64,000 nt of DNA from Stegostoma tigrinum (lineage: Eukaryota): contig NC_081372.1 of assembly GCF_030684315.1 (NCBI RefSeq), positions 31,511,481 through 31,575,480 on the forward strand, in the 5' to 3' direction. Position numbers and translations under genes: made by a program. Positions 1-12,030 of this stretch are shown piece after piece. Under the pieces are notes generated by a model. That model had not been told where the DNA came from and did not search any database. It saw nothing but the letters and a program-made list of their open reading frames with translations. The stretch's first letter is position 1. Each line of letters begins with the position of its first letter.

Positions 1-865
1 TTGGCTAGGAAGGTGAATTGCTATTGAAGGGGACTGTTAGCGGCTAACACTGGGTTGTGTATAATAGGGTTATGTGATAGCAAGGCCGAGTGGTGAGATT
101 TGGGTTAAGGACATGGGAGAGCTCAAGCCCTAAAGTTATTGAACTTGATATTGATTCTAGAAGGCTGCATGTTCCTGAGGCAGAAAATGAGGTGCTGTTT
201 TTCCAGCTTGTGCTGAGCTTCACGAGAACACTGCAGCAAGCCTGAGACAGAGATATTGTCCAGGGAACAGGGGGGCGTGATGAAGTGGCAGGCAACTGGA
301 TGCTCATGGTCTTTTTTGAAGACAGAACATGGATCTTCAGCGAAGCGGTCACCCAATTTACACCTTGTTTCCCCAGTGTAGAGGAGATCACATTGCGAGC
401 AGCAAATGTAGTAGCCTAGATTGTGTGAAGCGCAGGTAATGCCCTGCTTCACCCAGAAGATGGGCTCCAGCCCTTGGATACTGAGCAGGGGGGAAATAAA
501 CAGACAGCAGTTACACCTTCCACAGTTTCAGGGGAAGGTGCCATGAGGCTGTTGGGAGTGAAGGAAGAGTGGACCAGTGTGTTCCAGAGGGAATAGTCAC
601 TGTAGCCCTTAGCTATTCACCCTCCTAGCCAGATTGCTATCCATTTTTATGTCTGTCCAACTGTTCTACTCTCTCTTTGGGCTCTATCCTCACCTATTGT
701 TTACTCTTTACCCCTTTCACCCCATCTTCTGCGTATCAACTGACATTTTCTTAGCTACCGTTAGTTCTGAGCATAGGTCACTCAACCCAAAATGTCAACT
801 TTGATTTCTCTCACAACTGCTGCCAGACCTGTTGAGCTTTTTTGTTTTAGCAATTTCTGTTCTAC
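1..865 (-). mobile_element. Decayed Penelope-like element (family A): GIY-YIG endonuclease on the minus strand plus an inverted pLTR copy (about 605-865, plus)
   Basis: ORF 123-452(-) reads ...YYICCSQCDLLYTGETRCKLGDRFAE...HLIFCLRNMQP, homologous to the GIY-YIG at 54.2-54.5 kb. 605-632 matches the reverse complement of 1-25. A degenerate HHR lies at 764-800. The element runs off the left edge. Confidence 0.85.
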
Positions 866-1214
866 TTCAGTTGTTGATCAATGACAAACCCCAGGATGTT
901 GGTAATAGGGAATATGTTAAGGAAGGTACATTTATTTTCAGTTTTTGGAGACGATAATTGCCCAACACTTGAAAAGTGCAAATGTACCTTCCCATTATCA
1001 GCCAAGTCTGAGGGTCATCCAGTTCTTGCTGGATATGAACACGAGCTATTTTAGTGTTTGAGAAATTTGTGAATGGTGCTGAATAATGAAAAATCAGAAA
1101 ACAACTTCCATACCTCTGACCTTATAATGGAAGAAGCACATTAATGAAACAACTGAAGATATTTGGCCAAGCACACCGCTCTGAGGAAATAAAGGTACGA
1201 TCGCCAAAGTCCTA

Positions 1215-1405
1215 TTGGACCTTAAGGCTGCTTTCTCATGAGGGAGAGACAACTGGTGATGGTTTAACCTGAGGAACACCAAACCTCAGGTGAGGGGAGA
1301 AGGTAAGAGGGAGAGTCTTTCATGGTAACTTCAGCCAGTGCAGGAATGGTACCAAAATGTTGACCTCACTCTGCATTGCACATTGGCGATCCAGCCAACT
1401 GAATA
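1215..1405 (-). mobile_element. tRNA-derived SINE fragment (same family as 42575-42750)
   Basis: The reverse complement shares TGCAGAGTGA...CACTGGCTGAAGTTACCATGA...CTCAGGTTAA with the copy at 42.6 kb. It is inserted in a decayed minus-strand LINE. Confidence 0.55.
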
Positions 1406-1744
1406 GTACAACCCTGCACTGTTACAATGTCATTGGACTGAGATAATTAAGCTCCAACAACTGGACCTATCTACCTTTGCGCTAGTATGACTCCAGACAG
1501 TTAGGAACTTTCATCCTGATTCCCACTGACTTTAGTTTTGCTGGAGTTTTTTTAATGTCAAACTCAACCAAATGCTGTCTTGATGTCAAGAGTGGTCCCC
1601 TTTACCTTAAACATAAGAAAAATAAACTGACTTGTGGCAGCCCATGCTGAAACCAACAGGCTAACAAATAGGGAATAAAGAATTAAATTGTAAGACACAG
1701 TTTTAGTTTGCTTGTTGGATAGAGTCAAACTCCGATATTTGTCT

Positions 1745-1959
1745 AAAAATTGAAAGAACTGTGGATGCTGTAAAACAGAAACAAAAGTAGATTGCTGGAA
1801 AAGCTGAGCAGGTCTGGCAGCATCTGTGAAGAGAAGTCAGAGTTTTGGGACCGGTGAGTTCTGGGGAAGGGGTGCTGGTCCCAAAATGTTGAATCTGATT
1901 TCTCTTCACAGATGCTGCCAGACCTGCTCAGCTTTTCCAGCAATCTCTACTTTTGTTTC
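1745..1959. mobile_element. Non-autonomous hairpin element built from two inverted PLE family-A pLTR ends
   Basis: Arms 1778-1841 and 1894-1959 are near-perfect reverse complements, and inner 1843-1852 pairs with 1877-1886. The loop holds a decayed HHR. An unpaired tail (1745-1777) is present on one side. Confidence 0.85.
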
Positions 1960-2879
1960 CAGCGTTTGCTTGTTTCTGATATGCTACTGTACAGAAGCAA
2001 ACCGCGTTTATATGAAGATATTTTTCTGAATAAAGTATATTTTTGAAATTAAAAAGAAATTGGTGACACACAGCAAGTAACACAGAATTTGCATTGAGGG
2101 AAATGTCACTGATCTTTCACCAGAACTTGGAGATTAATGGCAGTGTGTACTGTTTTTGCAAAGTGAGTGGGTTCCCCCTGCAGGATGAGACACAGCTAAT
2201 CGGTTGGCTGGGATGTGTAATTTGATCTTGCTTGCTGTGGTTCTCTCAGAAGTGTGGTTTGATCCAATAATGCTGAGTTCAATCAAAACACAGTGTTAAC
2301 ACTACTAACAGGGAATACAAGCTCATTAGAAGTAGGCACAGCACTAATGAGTTCAAAGAATGCACAGCATTTGCAAGTTAGAAGTGCACATAGTGCGCAC
2401 TTCAGAGCTCAGAGATCATTCAATGAATGCACAGCACTTACATTACAAACTTCAGAGAACACAAAATGCTCACACCATGGGTTCACGGAATGGAAGGGGT
2501 GAGCTGATGCAGAAATTTAATGAGAATGTTCCAACTGAGGTGTGGACGGACCATGGATAGAAGGGTCTTGTGCGCAGTGGTGCAACTCTATGTTTGGGTT
2601 TGATGTTCTATATTCATTTGCTACCTCAGGACTTATGGTCATGGAAGGTGTATCGTATAATGGCCCAAAAGGTCAAGTGTCAAAATTTAAACCTGTTCAA
2701 TACACTTATTGCATGGCTTAAGAACAGAACAGTCTCCTGCTTCTGAGAAGCACATGGTAACTGCAAGACAAGAGCGTCCCCATGTTAAACGTCTCCAAGT
2801 GCAGCTTCTTGCCATGAAACAACGTAATTATGGTTCTGTGCAACTTTCACGCACATACACACTCCATGAACCTACAGCA

Positions 2880-3635
2880 CTGTAAATGTTATTATTCAAG
2901 AAAGGAGAGCAGTACAAACCTGATAACTACAGGCCAATAATTCTAAAGTAAATGGTGGAAAAGATCACAAGAAACCAATGTCAAAGAAAATAATTAATTC
3001 TCACTCTGATTCAAATTGACATTCAGCATGAATTTTTGAGGTAAAATCATGTTTGAACAACTGAGTAATTTGATTAAGTAACTGAGAGTGTTATTGCAAT
3101 ATGGGAAATGTTTCTATGGACTTTCAAAAGGCATTTGATAAAAAGTACTTCATAACAGATTTCTTCAGAAAATAGGATCACATGGAATTAAAGGGACCGT
3201 GGTAGCCTAGTATAAAATTAACAGACATTTGTGTTAAATAGCTGTTGTTTTGACTGGAGAGAAGCAGTCTGTATCCCCACAGGTCAGTATTTGACCAATG
3301 ATTGCCTTGTAATATATAAGTGACTGGGCTTGGGTATACAGAGTACAAATTCAAAGTCTGCAAGTGAAACAAAACTGGCTAAACTAGTAAATAGTGAACA
3401 GGTTAGCAAAAGATTTCAGGAACTGACATATCCAGGTGAAATGGGCAGATATATGTCTGGGGCTATTTCATTCAAGTGAGTCAATTTCAGAAAAACTACA
3501 TGCAGAGTGTGATATAAAAGTGTACTATTTTGACCCCAGTTCAAGAACAGAAGAAACTGAAGGTACAAATTTAAAACAAAACTGAAGATGGCAGGGCGAT
3601 GGTTAATAAAGCATAAGGCAACATAGTTCTGATTA
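2880..3635 (+). mobile_element. Highly decayed CR1 LINE ORF2 (RT) fragment
   Basis: Remnants of NYRPI (aactacaggccaat), QHGF (cagcatgaatttt) and YMDFQKAFDK (tatggactttcaaaaggcatttgataa). Confidence 0.7.
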
Positions 3636-4131
3636 GGCACCAACTTGGAGTGTTGTACCTAACTCTGAGTCCTTGCCCACCCTGCATGGTTCCTCCTCAT
3701 CTGCCTCAGAGTTGGTAGAGGTGCAGAGCTGACTTAACCCAGCAGCAATTTGATCTGGGACCAATATACTGTCATTAGTCAAATGCTGGCCTCCACGCAC
3801 TCCACAACGGTGAAGCCCATCCTGATGAGTTGTTATGATGTTCACATGGCCATGAGCATGGATATGGGAGTATTGACCCGGGAACTGAAAGCTACGTCCA
3901 TGCAGCCTCCTTAATTCATTACGAAGCTTCAGTTGGTTTATTGAAGGATGACAGTCAAGTACATTTAACATTAGTAAGCTAGATTTGGAGACAAAGACAA
4001 TTGGGAGACCTAATGTGTACCATCTACAAGATGCATTGCATAATGCACCGAGGGTCGTCTAACAATACACCTTCCAAATCTGCAACCTCCACCTCAAGAG
4101 TGTAAGAACAGCAGATGTATGGGATGTATGG

Positions 4132-4200
4132 GTATGGCCAGCACAATGGTTAGCACTGCTGCCTCACAGCACCAGGGACCCAGGTTCAATTCCAGCCTGG
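4132..4200 (+). mobile_element. 5' tRNA-like head of an HE1/V-SINE (fragment)
   Basis: ggttagcactgctgcctcacagcaccagggacccaggttcaattcc matches the head of the SINE at 8859-9210 and includes a Pol III B box. Confidence 0.7.
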
Positions 4201-6395
4201 AAGAAATTTTAAATGACAAAAATCAGCAAGTTTATAAGTGAAGACAAATGATGAGAAAGAAAATGAGAAATGAGAGACTAAATTCTATTTTTTTTGATAG
4301 AAGTGGGACATTTATTTATTGGAACAGCATATCATTAGAATCTTGTCTTACTTGCGAATAGTTACTCGTTAGAAGGGATTTATTTGCTTCATTATTATTG
4401 TGGTTAATTTGTTCAATGTTAAGAGTTAGATAAATAAATTGTTACTTGATGAAGTGAATTTCAGAGATTCGTTTTATTTTACTACTAGAAGTTGTTGAAA
4501 GGCAGGTCACACCACTTTTCACATTTCTTTTACAGATTATAGGGTGAGGTGCCTCTCTTTGGGTATTTCAGTTTTAATTCTCAGAGGAGGGTCAACTTCC
4601 GCTTTATAACAGATTGGAGGATCATCCGGGTTTTGAACCAAGGACCTTCCTCTGTTATAAAGTGGAGGTTGACACCAACTCTGAGAATTTAGTCCCTCAA
4701 AATTACAGCCAGTTTATCTGTCTTCCAGAATGCTCCATGCCTTCTCTGTCAAATTTTCCATTAGGAATGCCTAGTCCGTGGATTCTTCCGTATGGAATGC
4801 TAACTGCTTATGCCATTCACACCTTTAATATTTAGACAGTGTTTTCTCTAAGAATTATGGGAGTCTGTGAAGGCAGCGATTCTCTCTTGAGAGCCAAGAG
4901 CAGTTACCTCTGACAAATGGCAGTTAGCTCTCCTGTCTTTGTCCAACTGCCCTTTCATACCCTTGATGACATATCAATTTCTTACAATAGGATTGGTTCT
5001 ACATTGTCAAAACCATCAGATTTAAATTTAATTGGTTTTTGGTGTCTAATTGCCTGGTCCAAATTGATTGGCTAAATTCAAAAACTTGTTCTGTTGGTAA
5101 TAAAACAAACAAATGCTTGGCCTAGTAGCTGTATAGCCTTTCAATACAAGTGTTTCAAATTGGGTGCTTTTTGTGTACTTGTAAACCTTCAAGCTGCTAC
5201 TTGCAGACTTCCATTTTACATCTCTAAGCATAGAAAAAAACACATCACCTTTTAAAAGGACCATGTACTACTTTCCCCCCCAGCATTCTACAAACACAAA
5301 ATTCTAACTTCCTGCTTCCCAATCCATAATACTCTACCCAAGTTCACAACACAGATCTGTGTTCTTTGAGGCGGTAATGAGCAAGTTAAACAAAAAAGAG
5401 CCAGTCTACATAATCTGTTTGGATTTCCAGAAAGGTGCTGCTAAATAAGATAAGAATCCATGGCGCTAGGGACAAGGTACTGGCATGGATATAGGCTTGG
5501 CCGACCAGAAGTAGGCAGCCAGTAGGGATAAAGGTGTCGTTTGCAGGATGCAGCCAATTACTAGTGGAGTTTTGCAGGACTAGTGTTAAGACCACAACTG
5601 TTCATGGTAAACATTAATGATCTGGACAAAGAAGCTGAGGGTATTGTTACTACATTTGCAGATGACATAAAGTTAGTTGGGCAGGTAATGTTGAGGAAAT
5701 GGGAAGGTCGCGGTAGGACTTGGACAGGCTAAGAGAGTGGTTAAGGAAATGGCTGATGGAATGCAATGTGAGTAAGTGTAAGTTTATGTACTTTGCTAGG
5801 AAGAATGGAGAGGTAGATGATTTTCTGGAAGGGGAAAGGCTTTGGGAATCTGGAGCACAAAGTGAATTGGGTGTCCTAGTTCAGGATTCTCAGAACAAAC
5901 AGGTTCAGTTGTCTCCTGGGAAAGTAGCTAGACAGCTAGAATACAATAGCAGAAATGCATTGCTTAGGATGTATGAGGTTCTGGTCAGACTATATTTGGA
6001 ATATTGACCACAATTTTAGCCTCATATCTACAGAAGACTGCACTGGCATTGGTAGGAGTCCAGAGGAGATTTGAAGTAATGATCCTGGGAGTGAGGGTCT
6101 TGTCAATATGAGGAGTGGTTGAAGATACCGAGTCTGTACTTCATGGAGTTTAGAAGAATAAGGGGGATCTCACTGAAACTTACAGAATACTGATATGCCA
6201 GAGTGGTGAGGAAAAGATGTTGCCAATAATAGGAGAGACAAGGGCTCAAGGGAAAAGCTTCAAAGTGAAGGAATGTCTCTTTAGAACTGAGGTGAGGAGG
6301 AATTTCTTCAGGTGGTTAGTCTGGGGAACTCATTGCCGCAAAGGGCTCAAGGCCAATTCTTTGTGTGTGTTTAAGGCAAACATAGATAGGTTCTT

Positions 6396-6664
6396 AGATA
6401 ACAAAGTGTGGGGCTGGATGAACACAGCAGGCCAAGCAGTATCTTAGGAGCACAAAAGCTGATGTTTCGGGCCTAGACCCTTCATCAGAAAAGTCAGTTT
6501 TTTGTGTTCCTAAGATGCTGCTTGGCCTGCTGTGTTCATCCAGCCCCACACTTTGTTGTCTTGCATTCTCCAGCATCTGCAGTTCCCATTATGAATTAGA
6601 TTAGATTCCCTACAGTGTGGAAACAGGCCCTTTGGCCCAACAAGTCCACACCGCCCTATCTCTG
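6396..6664. mobile_element. Non-autonomous hairpin element from PLE family B pLTRs, with HHR motif and 14-bp TSD
   Basis: Arms 6397-6462 and 6494-6560 are inverted. The minus strand of 6458-6490 reads CTGATGA-A-GGGTCTAGGCCC-GAAAC-ATC. TSD atagataggttctt (6382-6395) / ataggtaggttctt (6665-6678). Confidence 0.88.
6593..6656 (-). mobile_element. 5'-truncated HE1 SINE/HER1 LINE 3' tail nested in the hairpin element
   Basis: Minus strand gggcctgtttccacactgtagggaatctaatctaattc matches the tail of the SINE at 8859-8900. It splits the host sequence cccattat|ctctg. Confidence 0.8.
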
Positions 6665-8024
6665 ATAGGTAGGTTCTTGATTAGTGAGGGATCAAAGGTT
6701 ATGCCAAAAAATTAAGAAAATGAGGTTGAGAAACATATCAGCCATGATCAAAAGATGAATCAGACATGATGGGCTGAATAGCCTAATTCTGCTCCTATGT
6801 CATATTGTCTTATGGGCACTGCCATTCAGCACATTCTTTACTCCAGTTCCTCAGCTTACTAAGATCTTATTGGCAGGAGAACCATGAGTTGCTTGACTGC
6901 CGAGACGAGCGTACACTTGAGCATCGCCTTAGCTAGTTGACTTGTTATATTAGCATACTCCTTTAGTCAGCCCATTGTGGACAACAGTAACTCCTCCTTT
7001 CATCAAGATGATCTGGAGTGAGGATCAATCATACAGAAAGAACTTAATTCCTACATTTCATCCCTTTATCGGGAGATTGAATTTTGGCCTGTTCCACAAT
7101 AAAATTTCTTTTCCTCCCTTACTTCCCTCTCCGTGAGCATTACAAGAGTTGTCCATTATTTAAATTATATTAATCACTGTGTCAAGAAATTTATAAACGC
7201 CCCATTTCAAACATTGAGATCAATAATCTTAAATGATCGAACCATTAAAAAATTTAAGTAAAAATAGTTTAAGAGTTAGTTAAGGCTGGATAGACATTCT
7301 TGAAAGTTACAGATTAAAGACTGCTGTTCTAAAGTAATTTAAGTGGTGTATGTAGAAAAATGTGTTGAGATTGGTGGTGAAATATTTGTTGTACTTTAAC
7401 TATGTGCTAGTTTCGTACACTAGGTAACAAAATGGGTATTGAATAATACTTTAGCAGTTGGACTTTAACTATGTACTAGTTTTATATACAAACTAACAAA
7501 TTGAATGCATCATCCTAGACTTTTTTCTCTGTATTATATATGATAGAAAACTGTCTTTTTATATACTGAGTGGGAGAGAAATGCTTATCTTACATCATGA
7601 TTTTAAAAATTATTTCTTGTTTTATAATATTTCTACTGAAATCAATAAAAACAAATGCTTGCACTTTTGAGGGAACATATTTAGAGGACCCTAGAAGGAA
7701 TTTTTATTACTCTCTTTTAGTTATGCCGTTAGAGTAGAACACTGGTTTTTCATAAGATTCGGGATTAAATCAATGCAAACTAATGGAACTGACTAATGAC
7801 CGATTATAAAAGTCCTATGTCAAACCTTATTTGCACAACGTTTGACCACTTTCTCAATTGTGCAAGAACTTTGTACAAAATGACACATGTACTGAGTCTG
7901 AAACTGATACAGGAGCAGGCAAGGTGAGATCAGCCAGTCAGCATCATCAAGAGGAGCAAGCGAAATAAGGTTCCTATGACAAAGGGTAAGACAAAGTGAC
8001 CCAACAGGCCACTTCTCTCTCTGC

Positions 8025-8043
8025 CTCTCTCTCTCTCTCTCTC
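8025..8043 (+). repeat. (CT)n microsatellite
   Basis: ctctctctctctctctctc seen directly. Confidence 0.9.
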
Positions 8044-8139
8044 CCTTCCGTTCCGCCCCTCCCACCCTCCCCAAAAGCAGGATTTCTGTTACTACTGAAT
8101 GCAGTGAAAGGCAAGCCCAAGGCACCAGGAATAGCTCAG

Positions 8140-8320
8140 CTGCCCAGGAAAGGAGAACAAAAAATAACAGCAGCAGTGACAAGGGTTTCCAACATAAGAG
8201 AAGAAGATAGATGTTTCTGCAGTCACAGACAGGGTGCCAGGATGGCTTGTTGCCTCTCTAGTGTGGAGGTCAAGGATATCACTGAGCAACTGCAAGCATT
8301 CTGAGAGGGGAGGGGGAATA
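8140..8320 (+). mobile_element. CR1 ORF1 (SGNH esterase-like) fragment
   Basis: Translates ...DRCFCSHRQGARMACCLSSVEVKDITEQL, homologous to the ORF1 remnants at 16.5 kb and 50.3 kb. Confidence 0.7.
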
Positions 8321-8321
8321 G

Positions 8322-8552
8322 AACAAAAACAGAAGTTGTTGGAAAAGCTCAGCAGGCCTGGCAGCATCTGTGAAGAAAAAGATCAGAGTTAACCTTTCAG
8401 GTCCGGTGTCCCTTCCTCAGAATTGATGGTGGCAGAGAAAACATCAGTTTATATGCAGAAAATAAGGAGAGACGTGGAGTAGGGAGTAATCGATAGGGTA
8501 CAGCCTAAAGAGAGAGAACAGTTAGACAGACAAAGGAGTTGATAACGATCAG
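8322..8552 (-). mobile_element. Solo PLE family-A pLTR with HHR motif
   Basis: The reverse complement aligns to about 630-865. The minus strand of 8386-8423 reads AATT-CTGAGGA-A-GGGACACCGGACCT-GAAAGGTT-AACT. Confidence 0.8.
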
Positions 8553-8858
8553 GGTTGGGTGTTTCAGTTTTAATTCTCAGAGCGGGGGTTAACTTCTGCT
8601 TTATTTCAAAGGGCTTTGGAGTATAAGGATAGGGAAGTCTTACAGCAATTTTACAAGGTGCTGATGCGACCACATCTGGAGTAGTGTGAGCTGTTTGGTC
8701 CCCTTATTTAAGGAATGATATCATTTCACTAGAGGCAGTTCAGAGAAGGTTCACTCGGATGATCCCAAGTATGGAGGGATTGTCTTATGAACAAAGGCTA
8801 AACAGGCTGGGGGTCTATTCAGTGAAATTTAGAAGAATGAGATGTGATCTCATTGAGA

Positions 8859-9210
8859 TTATAGAATGGAATCCCTACAATGTGGAAGCAGGCCATTCAG
8901 CCCATTGAGTCCATAACAACCTTCCAAGAGCATCTCATCCAGACCCACCCTATCCCTGTAACCCTACATGACTCATGGCTAACCCACCTAGCCTGCATAT
9001 CCCTAGACATTACGGGTAATTTAGCATGGCCAATCCACCTAACTTGCATATCTTTGGACTGTGGGAAGAAATCGGAGCACCCGGAGGAAACCCACACAGA
9101 CATGGGAGAATGTGCAAACTCATTACAACAGTCACCTGAGGGAGGAATTGAACCCGGTTCCCTGGCACTGTGAGGCAACAGTGTTAACAACTGAGCCACT
9201 GTGCCACCCC
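8859..9210 (-). mobile_element. Full-length HE1-type V-SINE
   Basis: tRNA-like head with A box (TGGCTCAGTTG) and B box (GGTTCAATTCC, 9144-9154). Central V-domain GAGTTTGCACATTCTCCC...GGGTTTCCTCCGGGTGCTCCG...CCACAGTCCAAAGA and a CR1/HER1-derived tail. It splits the host CR1 at cattgag|acgtacag. Confidence 0.88.
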
Positions 9211-9562
9211 AGACGTACAGAATTCTTAAGGAACTTGACAGGGTAAATGCTGAGAGGATGTTTCCACTCATGGAAGACTAGAGGGCACTGTCTCTGAATT
9301 GAGGGGTGCCAATTTAAGACTAAGTTCAGGAGAAATTTCTTCTCTAAGGATGCTGTGAGTCTTTGGAAACCCTTTACACATAGAACTGTGGGAGCAGAGA
9401 CTTGGAGTATATTTAAGGCTTACATAGATAGATTCTTAATCAGGAGGGGAATCAAGGGTTATAGGAAAAGGCCAGGGAAGTGGAAGTGAGGAGTGTCAGA
9501 TCAGCCTTGATCTTATTGCATGGTGGAACAGGTTTAAGGGCCAAACAACCTACTCCTTTTCC

Positions 9563-9656
9563 TGAAAAAGGGTCTAGGCCTGAAACATCAGCCTTCCTGC
9601 TCCTCTGATGCTGCTTGGCCTGTTGTGTTCATCCAGCTCTACACCGTTTTATCTCT
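9563..9656 (+). mobile_element. 94-bp PLE family-B pLTR insertion with a perfect 13-bp TSD
   Basis: TSD ctactccttttcc at 9550-9562 and 9657-9669. The insert starts at a decayed HHR core (c)tgaaaaagggtctaggcctgaaacatcag. Confidence 0.88.
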
Positions 9657-9759
9657 CTACTCCTTTTCCAATTTCTTATGGTCTTTAGGGAGCAAATGCA
9701 TTTGATGCAGCAGTTAAACATTCCTTTCAGGTGAACGAAATAACAGAAAAAGTGACACA

Positions 9760-11625
9760 ACCCAAGGCTTTCAAAAGTAATTAAGGATAGTATTAGACCC
9801 TAACAGAATTCATATACAGTTGCTCAAAAAAGCAGAATACCTGACGATTAGGTCAAGTTTAGAATTCACCAAAGGAGGACCATAATATTGAATGAGAGGG
9901 AAGATAAAATACGAGATTAAATTTTCAAGGGACATAAAAGCAAACTGTAAAAGCTTCTATAATTTTATTAGTGGAGACAAAAATAGGATCTTTGCAATCT
10001 GAAATTGGAGAATTGATAATGGAGATCAAATAAATGGCAGCACAATTAACCAAGTACTTTGGCCTGTCTTCATAGAAGACACAAAAAAACTTTGTACAAG
10101 TACTAGGGAAACAAAGATTTTTTGGGAAGTAGCAATTAAAGGAAAATATTATTAGAAAAATATTGTACCAGAGAAATTAATGGGATTGAAAGCTAATAAA
10201 AATGCAAGGCCTGGAAATCTACTTCCCAGAAGCCGAAGGAAGTGGCCAAGGAAATAGTGGATGTGCTGGCTGTAATCTTCCAAAATTTTGTAGATTGTGG
10301 AGTAGTCCTAGAAGACTGAAAAGTGTGAAAATTAACACACTATTTAAAAAAAGGAGGAAGAAAGCGCGAAATGAAAATCAGTAAACCCACTACCAGTAAT
10401 AGGGAAAATGCTGAAATCTATTTTTAAGCATGTGATAAAATGGAAACTTAAAATATACCAAAGACATTACATAAAGTAACACAGGTTTATGATGCTATTG
10501 TACAAGGTCAAAGCACATGGATTGGGGTTATGCGCTGAGGTGGTTTGAGAATTGGTTAGGAGGCAGGAAACATAGAGAAGGAATAAATGGATCATTCCCC
10601 AAGTTGACATCAGTGACCATGTGGAAGACCATAGGGATAAGTACATGGCCTCCAAATATTTGTAAAATACATCAACAGTTTGGATGAGGGAATCAAATAG
10701 AATATTTCCAAGGTCAATGATGAAATAAAACTAGGTGAGAAGTAGGAGTAATAGGGATGATGTAAAGTGGCTTCAGGTTGATTTAGACAAGTTAAGTGAA
10801 TGGGAAATTACATGGTAGATGCTGTGAAACGTGGATAAATTTGATTTTGTCCATTTCGATTAGAAAAACAGAATGGCTGTTATACTACTTAAGTGGTCAA
10901 AAAGATTGGGAAATGTTGATGTTAAAAGGGACCTGGACGTTCCTTTACACCAGTTATTGACAGCAAGCATGTAGATGCTGCTAACAGCTCAGAAGGCAAA
11001 TGGTCAATGGCCTTCATTGCAAGAAGGTTTGAGTGCTGTAACCAGGAAATCCTACTGCAATTGTACAAGGTCTTAGTTAGGCCACATCTGGAGTATTGCA
11101 TGCAGTTTTGGTCTCTTTGTCTACAAAAATGGCATACTTGATATAGAGGGAGAGCAGCAAAGGTTCTCAAGATGCATAGTTCCAGTTGCAAGTCTGTTGT
11201 ATCAGGAAAGATTGGGTCGACTTGGCTTGTATTCTCTGGAACTTAAATGAGAGGGATCTCATTGAAACATACAGAATTCTGATAGGGATGCAGAGTTTGG
11301 ATGTAGGGATAACATTTCTCCAGGCCAGGTTTCCAGAAAAAGAGGTCATAGTCTCAGGTGCGCTGTAGGCTATTTTAAACTGAGATGAGAAGTTTCTTCA
11401 CTCAAGGTAGTGGACCTGGGAAATTAACCACCATAGAATGCTGAGAAGGTGAAATAACTGAATAGATTTAAGACAGAAACAGATAGACTTGTAGAAGTAA
11501 AAGATGTTGCAGGGTAAAGTGTAACAGAGAAGGCATATGGTATTGACATAACCGATCAACTGTGGTCATGTTCGCATGGTAAATCAGGCTTGATGGGCCA
11601 AATGCTCCTATTCTCTGTGGTTTTA
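9760..11625 (+). mobile_element. Decayed CR1 LINE ORF2 fragment with 3' end
   Basis: Remnants of KSFY, PEDWK/PLFKKG and LYKVLVRPHLEYC, with many stops and frameshifts. Confidence 0.8.
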
Positions 11626-11894
11626 TGTGTTGCATCACATTGTTGATGATAAATCAGGGAAAACATTCCAGTATAGTTGTGGAATACCGGCACTCAATCT
11701 GCTAAACTTGGTACAGCCCCAGCGTTTAGCTGCTTTCGGCAGGTGCCTAACACAGGATGAGGCATTTGGAATGTCATTTTGGAGACTAATTCCTTTAAAA
11801 GTCCTTTTCAGAAATTAGTTCCCAATGAGGATCTGTCAATGGTCTCTGTGGTCTCCAACAAAAAGTAAGTATTTTTATAGATCAAGTTTCCTAG

Positions 11895-12030
11895 ACGATG
11901 GAGATAGTACGAACTGCAGATGCTGGAAAATCTGAGATAAGAAGGTGCAGAACTGGATGAACACAGCATGCCAAGCAGCATCAGAGGAGCAGGATAGCTG
12001 ACATTTTGGGCCTGGACCCGTCTTCAGAAA
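11895..12030 (-). mobile_element. PLE family-B pLTR end (tail plus HHR remnant)
   Basis: Matches 52800-52932. The minus strand has CTGAAGA-C-GGGTCCAGGCCC-AAAATGTC. Possible short TSD gtttcct/gttttcct. Confidence 0.8.

Larger units (their letters stand above)
5350..6815 (+). mobile_element. CR1 LINE 3' part (RT to 3' tail) with nested insertions
   Basis: FADD codons at about 5655 (tttgcagatgac). ORFs 5720-6007 and 6217-6447 resemble CR1 ORF2 C-termini. A CR1 tail (cctaattctgctcctatgtc...ttatg) lies at about 6780-6815. Confidence 0.85.
8610..9690 (+). mobile_element. CR1 LINE 3' end, interrupted by an HE1 SINE and a PLE fragment
   Basis: Remnants of LYKVLMRPHLE and VQRRFTRMIP, plus a 3' tail cttatggtctt. 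Confidence 0.85.

Noticed and set aside
4200-4612. Possible solo LTR whose end recurs at about 8555-8608
   Set aside because: It is repeated and ends in ...ACA, but no 5' TG end, TSD or primer-binding site could be identified, so it is left unclassified.
9100-9210. tRNA gene calls here and at 4132 and 24640
   Set aside because: The A/B boxes are SINE heads continuing into SINE bodies. No complete cloverleaf or terminator is present.
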